From a phage: 64,000 nucleotides of DNA. The translations under genes were made by a program, and so were the position numbers. The stretch lies in the sequence record PZ445515.1. One strand, written 5' to 3'. Under the pieces are notes generated by a model. That model saw only the letters and a list, made by a program, of their open reading frames with translations. It had not been told where the DNA came from and made no database searches. Shown piece by piece: positions 44,784 through 54,600 of the stretch; within the stretch, counting starts at the first letter, position 1; each line of letters starts with the position of its first letter.

Positions 44784-45025
44784 TGATGTTTATTCTCGCA
44801 TTTTATTTAGTTGTGGTTGGTGTACTAGTTACTAAGTACCATACATGGACACCAAAGAATGTAGCTAAGGTAGCATTATTTGTTATTCCAGTACCTTTTA
44901 TTATCTTTTCTATGTTACTGGTAATGCTAATCGGTAAAGTAACAAAAACCGATGTTAAACGTATTGCTGATGAATTGCAACAGTCTTGTGATATGGTAGA
45001 GGATATTATTAAAGATGAAGCTTAA
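44780..45025 (+). CDS. hypothetical membrane protein
   Basis: 81 aa, two TM segments. Confidence 0.5.
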   Translation: MMMFILAFYLVVVGVLVTKYHTWTPKNVAKVALFVIPVPFIIFSMLLVMLIGKVTKTDVKRIADELQQSCDMVEDIIKDEA

Positions 45026-45341
45026 TTTTAATGAATTAAATACCTTACATGAGATATTACAGTTTGTGAATAATAATATTAGTATTCCAGATGATACATT
45101 GGAAGTTCTCATGATAATTGAGAAAAAGGTAGGAATTGAGATTGAGGACTCTTGGAAACCACTTTCTGTATTAACACCACTTAATATGAAAGTGATAGTT
45201 AAAAATATTGATACTGGTGAAGAGTGTGAAATGATTCGTAAAGAACTAGCTGATAGTTATTCACCAAAGTCTGTAGTAATGTATCATGATGACACACCTA
45301 AGATCCTACAGACAGCTAATTACGTATGGCGTCTCCCATGA
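45015..45341 (+). CDS. hypothetical protein
   Basis: 108 aa ORF. Confidence 0.5.
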   Translation: MKLNFNELNTLHEILQFVNNNISIPDDTLEVLMIIEKKVGIEIEDSWKPLSVLTPLNMKVIVKNIDTGEECEMIRKELADSYSPKSVVMYHDDTPKILQTANYVWRLP

Positions 45342-45440
45342 TTGATTTAGTACCAATTACTGCGGGGCTACTAGCACTATTAGTGCTCGCAGTTTTTATT
45401 ATTGTGGAGCAGGCCAAAGTAATAAGGAGACTTAAAAACA

Positions 45441-45641
45441 ATGATAAAACGTCTTGTTTATCAGGCACCAAAGATTGTAACTGAGTATTTTGTATTACTG
45501 CCTCAGATTGTATTTCTAACAGCATTATTTAATATACTTTTTCGACATCTAGGAATAACGGAAAATATCTTCTACACTTCTAAACTACTTCCTTTTATGT
45601 ACGAAGGCATCATCGTGGCAATTAACGGAGTTCGTAAATGA
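45441..45641 (+). CDS. hypothetical membrane protein
   Basis: 66 aa ORF. Confidence 0.45.
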   Translation: MIKRLVYQAPKIVTEYFVLLPQIVFLTALFNILFRHLGITENIFYTSKLLPFMYEGIIVAINGVRK

Positions 45642-46099
45642 CAGCACTACAACAACTACAGAATTACTGGTTTGATAACCAATTTAACGATCTCTTTATC
45701 CAGTTATTTGTCGAAACGAACGGACGTTTCAACTACCGATTCTTTAATAAGTTTCACGAAACAAAATTCTCCCATACAGAAATTAATGCAGCTATCCAAG
45801 ATTTAACTGGTTCTAAAGTAATTCAATATCGTGAAGTAGATTTTACACCAGATTGTTTTGGGTTTGAATTGTTTAAGAAAGCGTATAAATTTGGTAAGTT
45901 TGAGGATGCTCGTCAATGGGTTCATGATTTCTGGTATAATACCGATATTGTTCCTAGTCGTGTACTGATTCTTAACTGGATTGCTAAACAACATCCACCT
46001 AAAGCTCAATCGGCTTTCTTACCAACTGACACAGGAAACCTCTACCATGACAGAAAAGAAAAATCCATTGCTGGAGCAGATGAAGGAATGGGAGAGTAA
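45638..46099 (+). CDS. hypothetical protein
   Basis: 153 aa ORF. Confidence 0.55.
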   Translation: MTALQQLQNYWFDNQFNDLFIQLFVETNGRFNYRFFNKFHETKFSHTEINAAIQDLTGSKVIQYREVDFTPDCFGFELFKKAYKFGKFEDARQWVHDFWYNTDIVPSRVLILNWIAKQHPPKAQSAFLPTDTGNLYHDRKEKSIAGADEGMGE

Positions 46100-46418
46100 T
46101 ATTGAATCTGGTCTAGTAGACGGAGAAGATATTGTTAACTCTATGTTGGAAGTAACAATAGATAATATTAACCCTATTTTGGCCAGTGAAACCTCAGATC
46201 TTATAGGACTTTCTAGTACTTTCGATTCTTTAGCTAAATTAGCTTTAGATAATGAAGAGATAACCAAAGAAGATCTCGCCTCAGCTATGAATATGGCTAT
46301 TAACGCTTACATTGGCAAACGTACCGATGAACTGGACAAACAAATCAAAAAGCGTGATATAACGTTAAATCTTATGGAAACGGCCACTATTTTAAGAAGT
46401 GGTAAACAACTCCACTAA
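46047..46418 (+). CDS. hypothetical protein
   Basis: 123 aa from ATG 46047; overlaps upstream gene end. Confidence 0.45.
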   Translation: MTEKKNPLLEQMKEWESNIESGLVDGEDIVNSMLEVTIDNINPILASETSDLIGLSSTFDSLAKLALDNEEITKEDLASAMNMAINAYIGKRTDELDKQIKKRDITLNLMETATILRSGKQLH

Positions 46419-46423
46419 TTCTA

Positions 46424-46456
46424 GAGGCCAGGACTTAATTGTTCTGGCCTTTTGTG
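46424..46456 (+). terminator. rho-independent terminator
   Basis: Hairpin aggccagga...tctggcct followed by TTTGTGTTT. Confidence 0.65.
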
Positions 46457-46472
46457 TTTCAAGGAACTTAGT

Positions 46473-46670
46473 ATGAAAACATTAGATAACTACCTAAAGG
46501 CTAGATATAGCCCTACGGAAGATCAATCTGCTGTAACCTGTGAAATAAGCAAAAATAAAACAGTACGATTAGCTCAAAAAGGTGGAGGAACATCCCCCAA
46601 TATTATTTGGCTATCCGAAGAACAAGCAAAAGACTTATACTGCAAACTAAATAAGTTATTTAATAAGTAA
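46473..46670 (+). CDS. hypothetical protein
   Basis: 65 aa from ATG 46473. Confidence 0.45.
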   Translation: MKTLDNYLKARYSPTEDQSAVTCEISKNKTVRLAQKGGGTSPNIIWLSEEQAKDLYCKLNKLFNK

Positions 46671-46671
46671 C

Positions 46672-47118
46672 ATGCGTGATAAAATAAATGAATTATTAAT
46701 CGAGGAAGCTAACAACTTCCCAATAAATAGGTTTATCAAATCGGATGGGTCTATTAATAGAACCAAGATTAAGCAGCTACATCCCGACTTTCAACAAGAA
46801 GCACTAAATATTATATTTATCAAGAAAGCTGTTGCAGTTCATGGAGCTTTCTTTGGATATGAGCATGTAAATTATAAAACAATGCAACAGCAAGTCGAGA
46901 TCTATTGTCCAGATCATGATGGTTATTACTGGCAAACTGCTAGATCTCATTTAGAAGGGCATGGTTGTCGACTGTGCGCACACAAGGTTGTGCAGCGTGT
47001 CACGGATTATGGAACTTATACCGTACCAGCATGTTATCATAAATTTGTAATTGACGATAATCATATAGTTTGGTATAATAAGTTTTCAAAGTTAAGAATG
47101 GAGATAAATAGTGAGTAG
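46672..47118 (+). CDS. hypothetical protein with Cys/His metal-binding cluster
   Basis: 148 aa; CPDHDG...HGCRLCAH cluster; HNH-like possibility not established. Confidence 0.4.
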   Translation: MRDKINELLIEEANNFPINRFIKSDGSINRTKIKQLHPDFQQEALNIIFIKKAVAVHGAFFGYEHVNYKTMQQQVEIYCPDHDGYYWQTARSHLEGHGCRLCAHKVVQRVTDYGTYTVPACYHKFVIDDNHIVWYNKFSKLRMEINSE

Positions 47119-47401
47119 CTATATTATATGGTCAAATCCATTAGCAGCACTTAGTAACAAACTATTTAAAACAACATGGGGCTATAATGAAATAGAATTA
47201 AGCAGCCGCCCCATACCAAATACATGCTCTCTAGTCCCAGATCTGTATAAAGTAGTAATAAATAACGTAGAATATTTGGTTGACGAATTTGACAGAAGGT
47301 ATATACTAGAGTGCATTTATGATAACAATACATCAATGAATGAATTGATAGATCATGCCCAAATGTGTGATAAAAGCTGGATGTTAGTATGGAAATCATA
47401 G
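47111..47401 (+). CDS. hypothetical protein
   Basis: 96 aa ORF, GTG start. Confidence 0.4.
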   Translation: MSSYIIWSNPLAALSNKLFKTTWGYNEIELSSRPIPNTCSLVPDLYKVVINNVEYLVDEFDRRYILECIYDNNTSMNELIDHAQMCDKSWMLVWKS

Positions 47402-47622
47402 CAATTATTTTAGTAGTTATGTTATTCATCGTAGTACTTGTATCTTTTGCTATTATGCGTAGAGCCAGAGAATTAGCAGAAGATGTAGTAAAATTACGTG
47501 GTGAGGTAGCGGGGCTCAAACTACAACGTGAAGCTCTCAAGCTATTCGTAGCTCAAGGTAGTGTAGAGCATACAGCAGAAGACTTCATCGTATATCTTAA
47601 ACGTTACATGGGAATCAAATAA
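47389..47622 (+). CDS. hypothetical membrane protein
   Basis: 77 aa, N-terminal TM. Confidence 0.5.
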   Translation: MEIIAIILVVMLFIVVLVSFAIMRRARELAEDVVKLRGEVAGLKLQREALKLFVAQGSVEHTAEDFIVYLKRYMGIK

Positions 47623-47807
47623 TGGAAACTCTTTTTCTTTTAATGCTCGTAGGTTCTCTGTTACTAATACTAGCACTTCTACTAATCTGCAACATTCTTA
47701 ACAACAAGAATCTAGAGTTAAAGTGTGAGAACCAAATCCTTAACCGTGAACTTAAACAATATAATCTAGCAGCCCATAAACTGTTAGACAAACTGGAGAA
47801 TAAATAA
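47622..47807 (+). CDS. hypothetical membrane protein
   Basis: 61 aa, N-terminal TM. Confidence 0.45.
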   Translation: METLFLLMLVGSLLLILALLLICNILNNKNLELKCENQILNRELKQYNLAAHKLLDKLENK

Positions 47808-48421
47808 TGTTTACACAACAGCCTATTCAAGTAGTACCAGACCATGAACTGAACACATGGGATTACAGCTTTAAAGATTTAACTGCTACTGTACAATTCA
47901 AATCTATGAAGCTAACATTTGCACACACCGACCTTAAAGCCTGTAAAGATCTTGAGAGTAAGCTCGAAGATGCTCGTAAGATTTTTGGCACGGCTCGCAT
48001 CCCGGCTGATAACCTGATTAATGCACTAATAGACGCTGGTTATAAACTCGTGAAGACTGAGGTGAACCGTCCTAGTGCTCCAGTAACTATTCGAGATTCA
48101 TGGCCGTCCGGACCAATCGCAATGCTGAATAACTCCGATAAAAGATTAATGTCGGATATGCACAATATTCCTTGTGGGGGTGTGGTAAGTAGTACGCAGT
48201 CATATAAGTTTGTGGAAGATTACGGCCCATCTGTACAGCTAAAACATACTCAAGAAGCTTTTGAATCTGATATGCGAAGCGTAGCACCTGCGGATGCTGG
48301 AGTTTCTAGGAGTTCTGTTTGTACTATTCATTTTAATAATCCTGGTAAACATGGAAGTTTAGAGGATGCTATTATGGAGGCGTTGGGAGCTGCTATTAAT
48401 GAAGATAAGAGAGGTAGCTAA
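47807..48421 (+). CDS. hypothetical protein
   Basis: 204 aa ORF. Confidence 0.55.
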   Translation: MFTQQPIQVVPDHELNTWDYSFKDLTATVQFKSMKLTFAHTDLKACKDLESKLEDARKIFGTARIPADNLINALIDAGYKLVKTEVNRPSAPVTIRDSWPSGPIAMLNNSDKRLMSDMHNIPCGGVVSSTQSYKFVEDYGPSVQLKHTQEAFESDMRSVAPADAGVSRSSVCTIHFNNPGKHGSLEDAIMEALGAAINEDKRGS

Positions 48422-48498
48422 TCCTCTAATACATGAGCCTCTACGGAGGCTCTAAAATAAAAAGAAGGTCATCCAGACCTTAAAAATGGGAGATAATA

Positions 48499-49383
48499 AT
48501 GTATAACTTTAAAGATAAACTAAGACAAAACGCTGGTAAAACAAAACCTAAGGAAAATAATAGTGTTCCTGATGCTAAAGTACTTCCATTTCCTGAACTA
48601 ACCCAGGAAGAAAAAGATAAACTAGCATTTATGTTCGATGCACTTATAGGATTAAGTGGACGACTGTACTCCACCCTTAGTATTAATGAGAAACGTCTAG
48701 TAGAGATGTTTTGTAAACGTTACCAAGTTACTTCAAAAGGCAACGCCCATAAAGAAGGTGAAAAAGCATTCACAGTCTTAAAAATCAGTGCATATGCACA
48801 TCGTTTCTTAGTTTATGGGTTACAGATGGAATACTTCACCATTCCACCATTTAAGTCATTTCACATCTTTGAAGATGAACGAATGAATATTGATGATCTC
48901 TATGGAGATACATACAAGTACTCAGGAAGTCCATTCCATGATGCATTAAGAAGCTATCCTACTAGTTATTTACCAGTTAGGGCATCACAGGGTAAAGCTA
49001 GCATCTTTGCGGTATACTCAGGATCTAAAGCATCGGATCTAGAAACTTATATATTTAAAGAGCGTAAATCTGTGCTTCCAGATGAAGCATTATATAATAA
49101 TCCATTGCTTCCAGAAAAAGAACCCGAGAAAATTGATGTAACCCCACCAACCCCATCTGATTCTCAATATTTAATCTACGAAAAACAAGTTAAGCTATCT
49201 CTAGAGATTGGTTTAGTCACACCGCTTGCTGCAGCATTCATCAATAGATACCTAGAAATTCCTAACGAGTTCCACACACGTTATAATACGAACATTCAGA
49301 TAACAGATGAACTAATTGCACTAGCAAAAGATACACCTACTGACACTGAGGCGTACCAAAAAGCATACCAAGAGTTACTGTAA
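48499..49383 (+). CDS. hypothetical protein
   Basis: 294 aa ORF; last early-region gene before repeat block. Confidence 0.6.
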   Translation: MYNFKDKLRQNAGKTKPKENNSVPDAKVLPFPELTQEEKDKLAFMFDALIGLSGRLYSTLSINEKRLVEMFCKRYQVTSKGNAHKEGEKAFTVLKISAYAHRFLVYGLQMEYFTIPPFKSFHIFEDERMNIDDLYGDTYKYSGSPFHDALRSYPTSYLPVRASQGKASIFAVYSGSKASDLETYIFKERKSVLPDEALYNNPLLPEKEPEKIDVTPPTPSDSQYLIYEKQVKLSLEIGLVTPLAAAFINRYLEIPNEFHTRYNTNIQITDELIALAKDTPTDTEAYQKAYQELL

Positions 49384-49919
49384 GATCCTGCATGTCTCGG
49401 TGCACAATACCTGTACCGAGACTCAAATACAAACTCTCGTTGACAGATAGCTAAATGTATGTTATCATAACTCTATGAGTTAATAGAATTAACCATTTAG
49501 AGTTGCCACACAGAAGGTGTGGTGGTTCAGTAATTTAAAATTACTAACTTGTAGCGGAGGATACGGAGCGACAGGACAAGTTAATAAGTAATTTAATATA
49601 AATTGCTAGAAACATCACGAGACCTTCTGGCGGGGGCAAAGCTCTATATGAGAACCCTGGGGGATCTTATATTTAAAATAAAAGTAAAACTTTTGACCAC
49701 ATAATTTACATTCAAGATGATACACCTGTTGCCGCTCATCTGCTAGGATGGCACAACACTTTCCTAGAAACTCCAGAGTTCTCACGAAATACTCACTCTT
49801 TCTAGGGCGGTTCTCCTAAGTTTCTAGGAACATATACTAGGCGGTTTAATACAGGGCGGTTATGGGGAGGGCGGTTATTTCTAGGAGACATTTTTTGAAA
49901 ACACATTTCCAGAAATTAC

Positions 49920-50520
49920 TGTCGGATTTGCACATTGTGTTTCTAGAAATTTATGGTCGGATTTGCACAATTGCCTAAGTTTTTAGGAACATATAATCTC
50001 TTGAAAATGGCAGCATTATTTCGGGCCGAAGGCCCATGATTGCCTGAGTTTTTAGAGCCACAGAAACTTTCACTTGTCAAGCTATTTTGCCCCATTTAGC
50101 TAATAAGATTTTACTTTATCTGCACTAATCTCAAATTAACCCAAATCTTCTCAACTCTTCCCCAAAATCCCCGCAAATCAGGTGCTACGCACCAAACATG
50201 CGCCCCTCTCGCAGTTCCCTCAAATTTTTCTCGATCTCTCAACTTCTCCCCAAACTCTTACAATCACACACTCTCCAATCGAAGTCACAAAAATCTTGTC
50301 GGATTCGCACAAATAAACCCATGTCGGATTTGCATATATTCTAGTTAATTCCACAGGATTGATGCGCAGCATCGGATTGCTGGAGTTTTTAGGAAAATTC
50401 ATTGTCGGATCCGCACATTATAAAAATTTTTCGGGTCGGATTTGCACACTACCAAAAATTGTCGGATTCGCACATACACGCCCACGCGTAATCCATGGGG
50501 GCAAATGTCGGATTTGCACA
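49920..50520. repeat. array of 8 direct copies of 15-bp motif TGTCGGATTTGCACA (injection-stop-signal-like repeats)
   Basis: Copies at 49920, 49955, 50297, 50322, 50403, 50434, 50460, 50506 with 1-2 substitutions; no ORF. Confidence 0.8.
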
Positions 50521-50559
50521 AAAGCGCAGGGCAATTGCCCTGCTTGCCTGAATACGAAT

Positions 50560-50750
50560 GATAATGAGAATCATTCTCATTTAAAAAGCGGAATGTGAAT
50601 GATAATAATTCGCATTTAAGAATGGAAGTGAGAATTATTCAGGAAGTGAAACGATTCTCATTTAAAAAGTGGAATGATTATTAGTTAGATAGTGAAATGC
50701 GAATGATACTGATTCGTATTTAAGAATGGAAGTGAGAAACACTATTATTT
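50560..50750. repeat. tandem approx. 90-bp repeat pair with palindromic cores
   Basis: Units alternate gagaatcattctcatttaaaaagYggaatg and gaatgata...ttcgYatttaagaatggaagtgagaa; extra copy near 51059. Confidence 0.7.
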
Positions 50751-50753
50751 AAG

Positions 50754-50846
50754 TTATCCACAGACTTATCAACAGCACGATTTGACTTGACAAAATCCTA
50801 GCCATTTTGAGGCGTTATCAACAGACTTATCAACAGCTTATCCTAC
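50754..50846. promoter_or_regulatory. DnaA-box cluster I
   Basis: Perfect TTATCCACA at 50754 plus TTATCAACA x3 and TTATCCTAC within 90 bp. Confidence 0.6.
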
Positions 50847-51414
50847 TGTATAAATATACAGTATTCCTATGCAGTGAATAATTCTAATATACAGCTAAAA
50901 CGCTCTCAAACGCATTCTAACGCGTTTAATTTTGTTGGGGATACTAAAACACGGGTAAAATTGGAGGAGGCTTAGAAATTAGTTAGCGAGCTAACGATCA
51001 CACAAGGCGACACGTAACACCCTAATCATTAGCAGGCTAACCATCGCGGGCGCGGTTAAATGAGAATCATTCTCATTTGAAAATTGGGGGCACTCCCTGA
51101 TAGTTGCGCCCCGTGATTATTAGTCTGGTAGTCGATGCGTGATTTTTTCCTCCTCCCCGTAGGAATCCACCAAATACTGATAATAACCATCGTGATCATA
51201 AATCACTTTATCATATTCGCCACGCTCGACCGCTTGCCGATTCTCCGGCGTATCTGGCACGTAAAAACATCAACCATTGTACTGATCTTGGTTACAACTA
51301 TTTTATTACTCATAATAACTCCCTAGTAAATATATTTTTGCCAATAGTGGCGAATGTTATCGCCACCAGCGGAATCATTAGCGGCCTTACTATTACCAAC
51401 GAAAATATATAATC

Positions 51415-51774
51415 TCATTGCGCCACCTTTCGAAACGCTGTTTCAATACTATCCGCAGTGGATTGAATATATGCGCCTTTCATTATCAGGCGCTCGGTAC
51501 ATACCTTGCGGAAAATATTAATAAAATCATCTTCATTTTCTGCAATTAATGCTTCACCCATAACCTGAACGTCACAAGATGCAAAGGTCAAAAATTGAAA
51601 CGCTAGTTCACGGGCAACGACCGCATTAATTTTATAATGTGCCTTGCCCTCATAAATATTAATAACGCCCTTATAAGCTGGGGAAAGCTGATTTAAATAG
51701 TTTGCTAATAATGCTGGGCGGCAATTAGCAACAAAACGATTGCCTTCATAAATTATCATTTGCATAGCTCCCAA
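51415..51774 (-). CDS. hypothetical pre-early-region protein
   Basis: 119 aa ORF, last gene of leftward operon. Confidence 0.55.
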   Translation of the reverse strand: MGAMQMIIYEGNRFVANCRPALLANYLNQLSPAYKGVINIYEGKAHYKINAVVARELAFQFLTFASCDVQVMGEALIAENEDDFINIFRKVCTERLIMKGAYIQSTADSIETAFRKVAQ

Positions 51775-51878
51775 ATAGTTCCGCCGATGATCATTAGCTG
51801 ACTAATAATTATCAGAATAAAACCAATTGAAGGCAGGACGCCCCAAAAACGAAAAGCCGTTTTAATTTGCTGAATCAT
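51759..51878 (-). CDS. hypothetical small membrane peptide
   Basis: 39 aa hydrophobic ORF overlapping neighbours. Confidence 0.3.
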
Positions 51879-52005
51879 TTGTTAGCCTCCCGATTAGATA
51901 GCCAGATAAAAGCATAAAGATCCCCAATGAAATGGGGTCATTTTTAAATAAGGTGGCGATAAAACCGCCAGCCATTGCAAGGATAATAACAATAACGCTT
52001 TTCAT
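51862..52005 (-). CDS. hypothetical small membrane peptide
   Basis: 47 aa hydrophobic ORF. Confidence 0.3.
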   Translation of the reverse strand: MKSVIVIILAMAGGFIATLFKNDPISLGIFMLLSGYLIGRLTNDSAN

Positions 52006-52214
52006 AGTACCCCACGAAACGCAGCGTAAAAGGTGGCAAAGTGTTTAACTGTTTCAGCTATCACGTTGCCGCGCTTATCAAATTTTTTCTCGGTAACACG
52101 AAAGGCATTTTTGTTACGTGCTACATATTCGATTTTACAATCTTCCCGCTCGAACGTGTTAACATCCACCAGCTTAAAGCCTTTCGAACGTGCAAGGGAA
52201 ACGTTGCGGATCAT
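52002..52214 (-). CDS. hypothetical protein
   Basis: 70 aa ORF with AGGAGA RBS. Confidence 0.5.
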   Translation of the reverse strand: MIRNVSLARSKGFKLVDVNTFEREDCKIEYVARNKNAFRVTEKKFDKRGNVIAETVKHFATFYAAFRGVL

Positions 52215-52216
52215 TT

Positions 52217-52366
52217 TTATTCTCCTTTACTAGTCATGCAGCCCAGCAGATAAGAAAACGCAGCAATGCCAGCGCCAATAATAACGGCGTGAACGCCAAA
52301 AGCTATTGCAAACAACGATAAAATAGCGCCCAAGATACCCGCCAGAATAGCTCGAAAAATAACCAT
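52217..52366 (-). CDS. hypothetical small membrane peptide
   Basis: 49 aa hydrophobic ORF with AGGAGA RBS. Confidence 0.35.
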   Translation of the reverse strand: MVIFRAILAGILGAILSLFAIAFGVHAVIIGAGIAAFSYLLGCMTSKGE

Positions 52367-52413
52367 TTTTTATTCTCCTAGTCAGTGGGGGATATAATAT
52401 CCCCCGTTACTAA

Positions 52414-52644
52414 TTACATTAAAACAATTTTTGCAGCTTGTTTTTTAGTACAGTGTTCCGCTTTCAGCGTGTCCAGCAAAAAGCCCGCCGTTTGCTGATC
52501 GATTTTATCGGCGTTGTATAGTTCTTGGATGGTGTTATAAGTTTTAGCAATGCCGAACTCCTGCACCATTTCATGAATAATGGCGCGGTTAGATACCCAG
52601 CCTTGAGCGGTGAACAGATGAGTAGCAGAAGAGTAAGCAACCAT
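52414..52644 (-). CDS. hypothetical protein
   Basis: 76 aa ORF. Confidence 0.5.
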   Translation of the reverse strand: MVAYSSATHLFTAQGWVSNRAIIHEMVQEFGIAKTYNTIQELYNADKIDQQTAGFLLDTLKAEHCTKKQAAKIVLM

Positions 52645-52747
52645 TTTAAGCCTCCAAATTTTTGGGAAATTTTTAATCCACCGTTTTGGTGTAAAGGCAT
52701 TATAACAAAAAAGCCACCATAAAAGGCGACCTTTACAAAACTTTACA

Positions 52748-53242
52748 TTAAACTACTTGTAAGGACTCAACATTGAAACATCGTTTCAATTCGTCATGCA
52801 AAACAGCGTATTCCTCCCATCGGGTATTATCAGGAATATAAACAAGCTGTTTTAATCGATTTGCGTATATTACCGCTTTGTTACCAACTATCTCGACGCC
52901 GCCATATTTAATAATTAATTTCATGACGGAATTAATAGGATCGCCGCCGTTTACATATGTGCCGGATTTACTTAGCTGATAATGATAAAGGCTTGCGTAT
53001 ACGTTTTCATTTTCATACCATTCGCCAGTATCCTCGTCTTCATAGCCATCGCTACCAAAACGAGAAGCATTATCAATAGCCATTTCATGAGCGAAAGCGT
53101 CCAGATCCGTACCAGCAGGAACAAAATATTCCTCGGTGTTCCCTTCCCCGCAATAGCCAGTATGGCAATCGACTAAAATGATCATATCGTGTTTAGCCGT
53201 GCTTACTTCCCCTAGCGAGAAGCCGTATTTTTCATCAGCCAT
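52748..53242 (-). CDS. hypothetical protein
   Basis: 164 aa ORF with RBS. Confidence 0.55.
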   Translation of the reverse strand: MADEKYGFSLGEVSTAKHDMIILVDCHTGYCGEGNTEEYFVPAGTDLDAFAHEMAIDNASRFGSDGYEDEDTGEWYENENVYASLYHYQLSKSGTYVNGGDPINSVMKLIIKYGGVEIVGNKAVIYANRLKQLVYIPDNTRWEEYAVLHDELKRCFNVESLQVV

Positions 53243-53307
53243 TAGTTAGCCTCCTATTAATTAACAAGGGAATAGTAAAGCGGGGTAACAATCCCCGCTA
53301 AATATTA

Positions 53308-54318
53308 TTACTCGCTTTCGGTGTTAGTGGTAAAAGTAGAAATATCGATACCTTTTACCATTTCATCAATCATTTCAGCGATGTTAAAACTTTGCACCAT
53401 TTCTAACATTGCCGCTTCCATAGCCGCCCCTGCTACCGCTTTCGCTTTCTGGTTAGTCGGTGCGTACTGGTCAACCGCTACACTCAGCAGGTTAGCAATC
53501 ACTACTCGACCAATAGGCGTATCGATATAACCTTTGATCATGAACGGTGCTTTTTTAGCCGCTACTTTCGTGATTTGAGTTAATGCAATCTTACCCGCTT
53601 CCAGTTTTGCAGCGTTTACAGCAGCGGATTTATTAGCGGCAACGATGTTAGCAATCTTGGTCATGGTATTTTTTCCTTTGTTTTCAGTAGTTTGAGTATT
53701 AACGTTTTGAGTGTTAGAATTTACAGCATGGTTTTCTACGCTGTCAATAATCTGATCTTCATCTTTCCAGAAAGAAAAACCAGCGCTTTCTATATCCCCA
53801 TCATAAATATATGGGTATAGCTCCCGTGGTAACAAAAAATTACCATCGCCATCAAAAGCCATTATAGCGGTATATTGAGATCCGTCGTTATCCGGCTTAT
53901 GCCATCCAGCAGGTAAATACTTCCAGATAACATCTAAAAATCCCTCAATGCTAGAAAGTCCATTTATCAGATCAAGCCCAATAAGCTCGAAACCATTTAT
54001 ATTAAATGATTGACGGCCTGAATTGCTATGATACGCAACAATATTATTGCCCTGCGCAATAATAAAATCGGCATCCGGCCCCGCTCCCCTGCCTGTAAAG
54101 ATATGGCAATCCCGATTATATAAAACAAGCGTTGCCCCTTGTTTATATAACGGCAAAAAACCATCCATATCATAAGCGTCATAATCATCAAAAAAGTTTT
54201 GATGAATAGTTTCAGCCTTGTTAATAAAATGTTTAATGCTGGTTGACTTGCTACCATCCAGCAGGTTGCGCAATGCACCTTTTAAAACGGTGGCATTATC
54301 AGGTTTATACAGCCTCAT
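53308..54318 (-). CDS. hypothetical protein
   Basis: 336 aa from ATG 54318 preceded by GAGGGAGG; first gene of leftward operon. Confidence 0.55.
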   Translation of the reverse strand: MRLYKPDNATVLKGALRNLLDGSKSTSIKHFINKAETIHQNFFDDYDAYDMDGFLPLYKQGATLVLYNRDCHIFTGRGAGPDADFIIAQGNNIVAYHSNSGRQSFNINGFELIGLDLINGLSSIEGFLDVIWKYLPAGWHKPDNDGSQYTAIMAFDGDGNFLLPRELYPYIYDGDIESAGFSFWKDEDQIIDSVENHAVNSNTQNVNTQTTENKGKNTMTKIANIVAANKSAAVNAAKLEAGKIALTQITKVAAKKAPFMIKGYIDTPIGRVVIANLLSVAVDQYAPTNQKAKAVAGAAMEAAMLEMVQSFNIAEMIDEMVKGIDISTFTTNTESE

Positions 54319-54600
54319 TTGTTCGGCCTCCCTCGTTAATCGGTGAGTGAATGATATAGATATTTGTTCACTAGGGGCAAGAAAAAAGAAAATGTTTTTT
54401 ATTCCTTGCCTAGCGCCTAGTTTTATGCTAACCGCGCAGCGGTGCAATAAAGAGCAAAACACGGCGAAGCCACCAGGGCGACGGGTGAAGGCTTTACTTT
54501 AATATTACCCCACCGCATTTAGTTCGTTAGAAAGCGTTTTAGGCCGCTTGAAATTGATTGCAGTTGTTAACACTACCTTTTTACCCTGTATATTTATACA

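Noticed and set aside
50560-50750. Tandem repeats considered as a possible CRISPR array
   Set aside because: Units are two alternating sequence types of unequal length without unique spacers, no cas genes nearby, and they sit in a phage terminal region
50220-51326. ORFs 50220-50402, 50359-50598 and 51135-51326 in the repeat region
   Set aside because: Lie across iterons and palindromes, lack RBS, low-complexity products; region interpreted as non-coding
53321-54278. ORFs 53321-53530 (plus) and 53997-54278 (minus, alternative frame)
   Set aside because: Nested within the 53308-54318 gene
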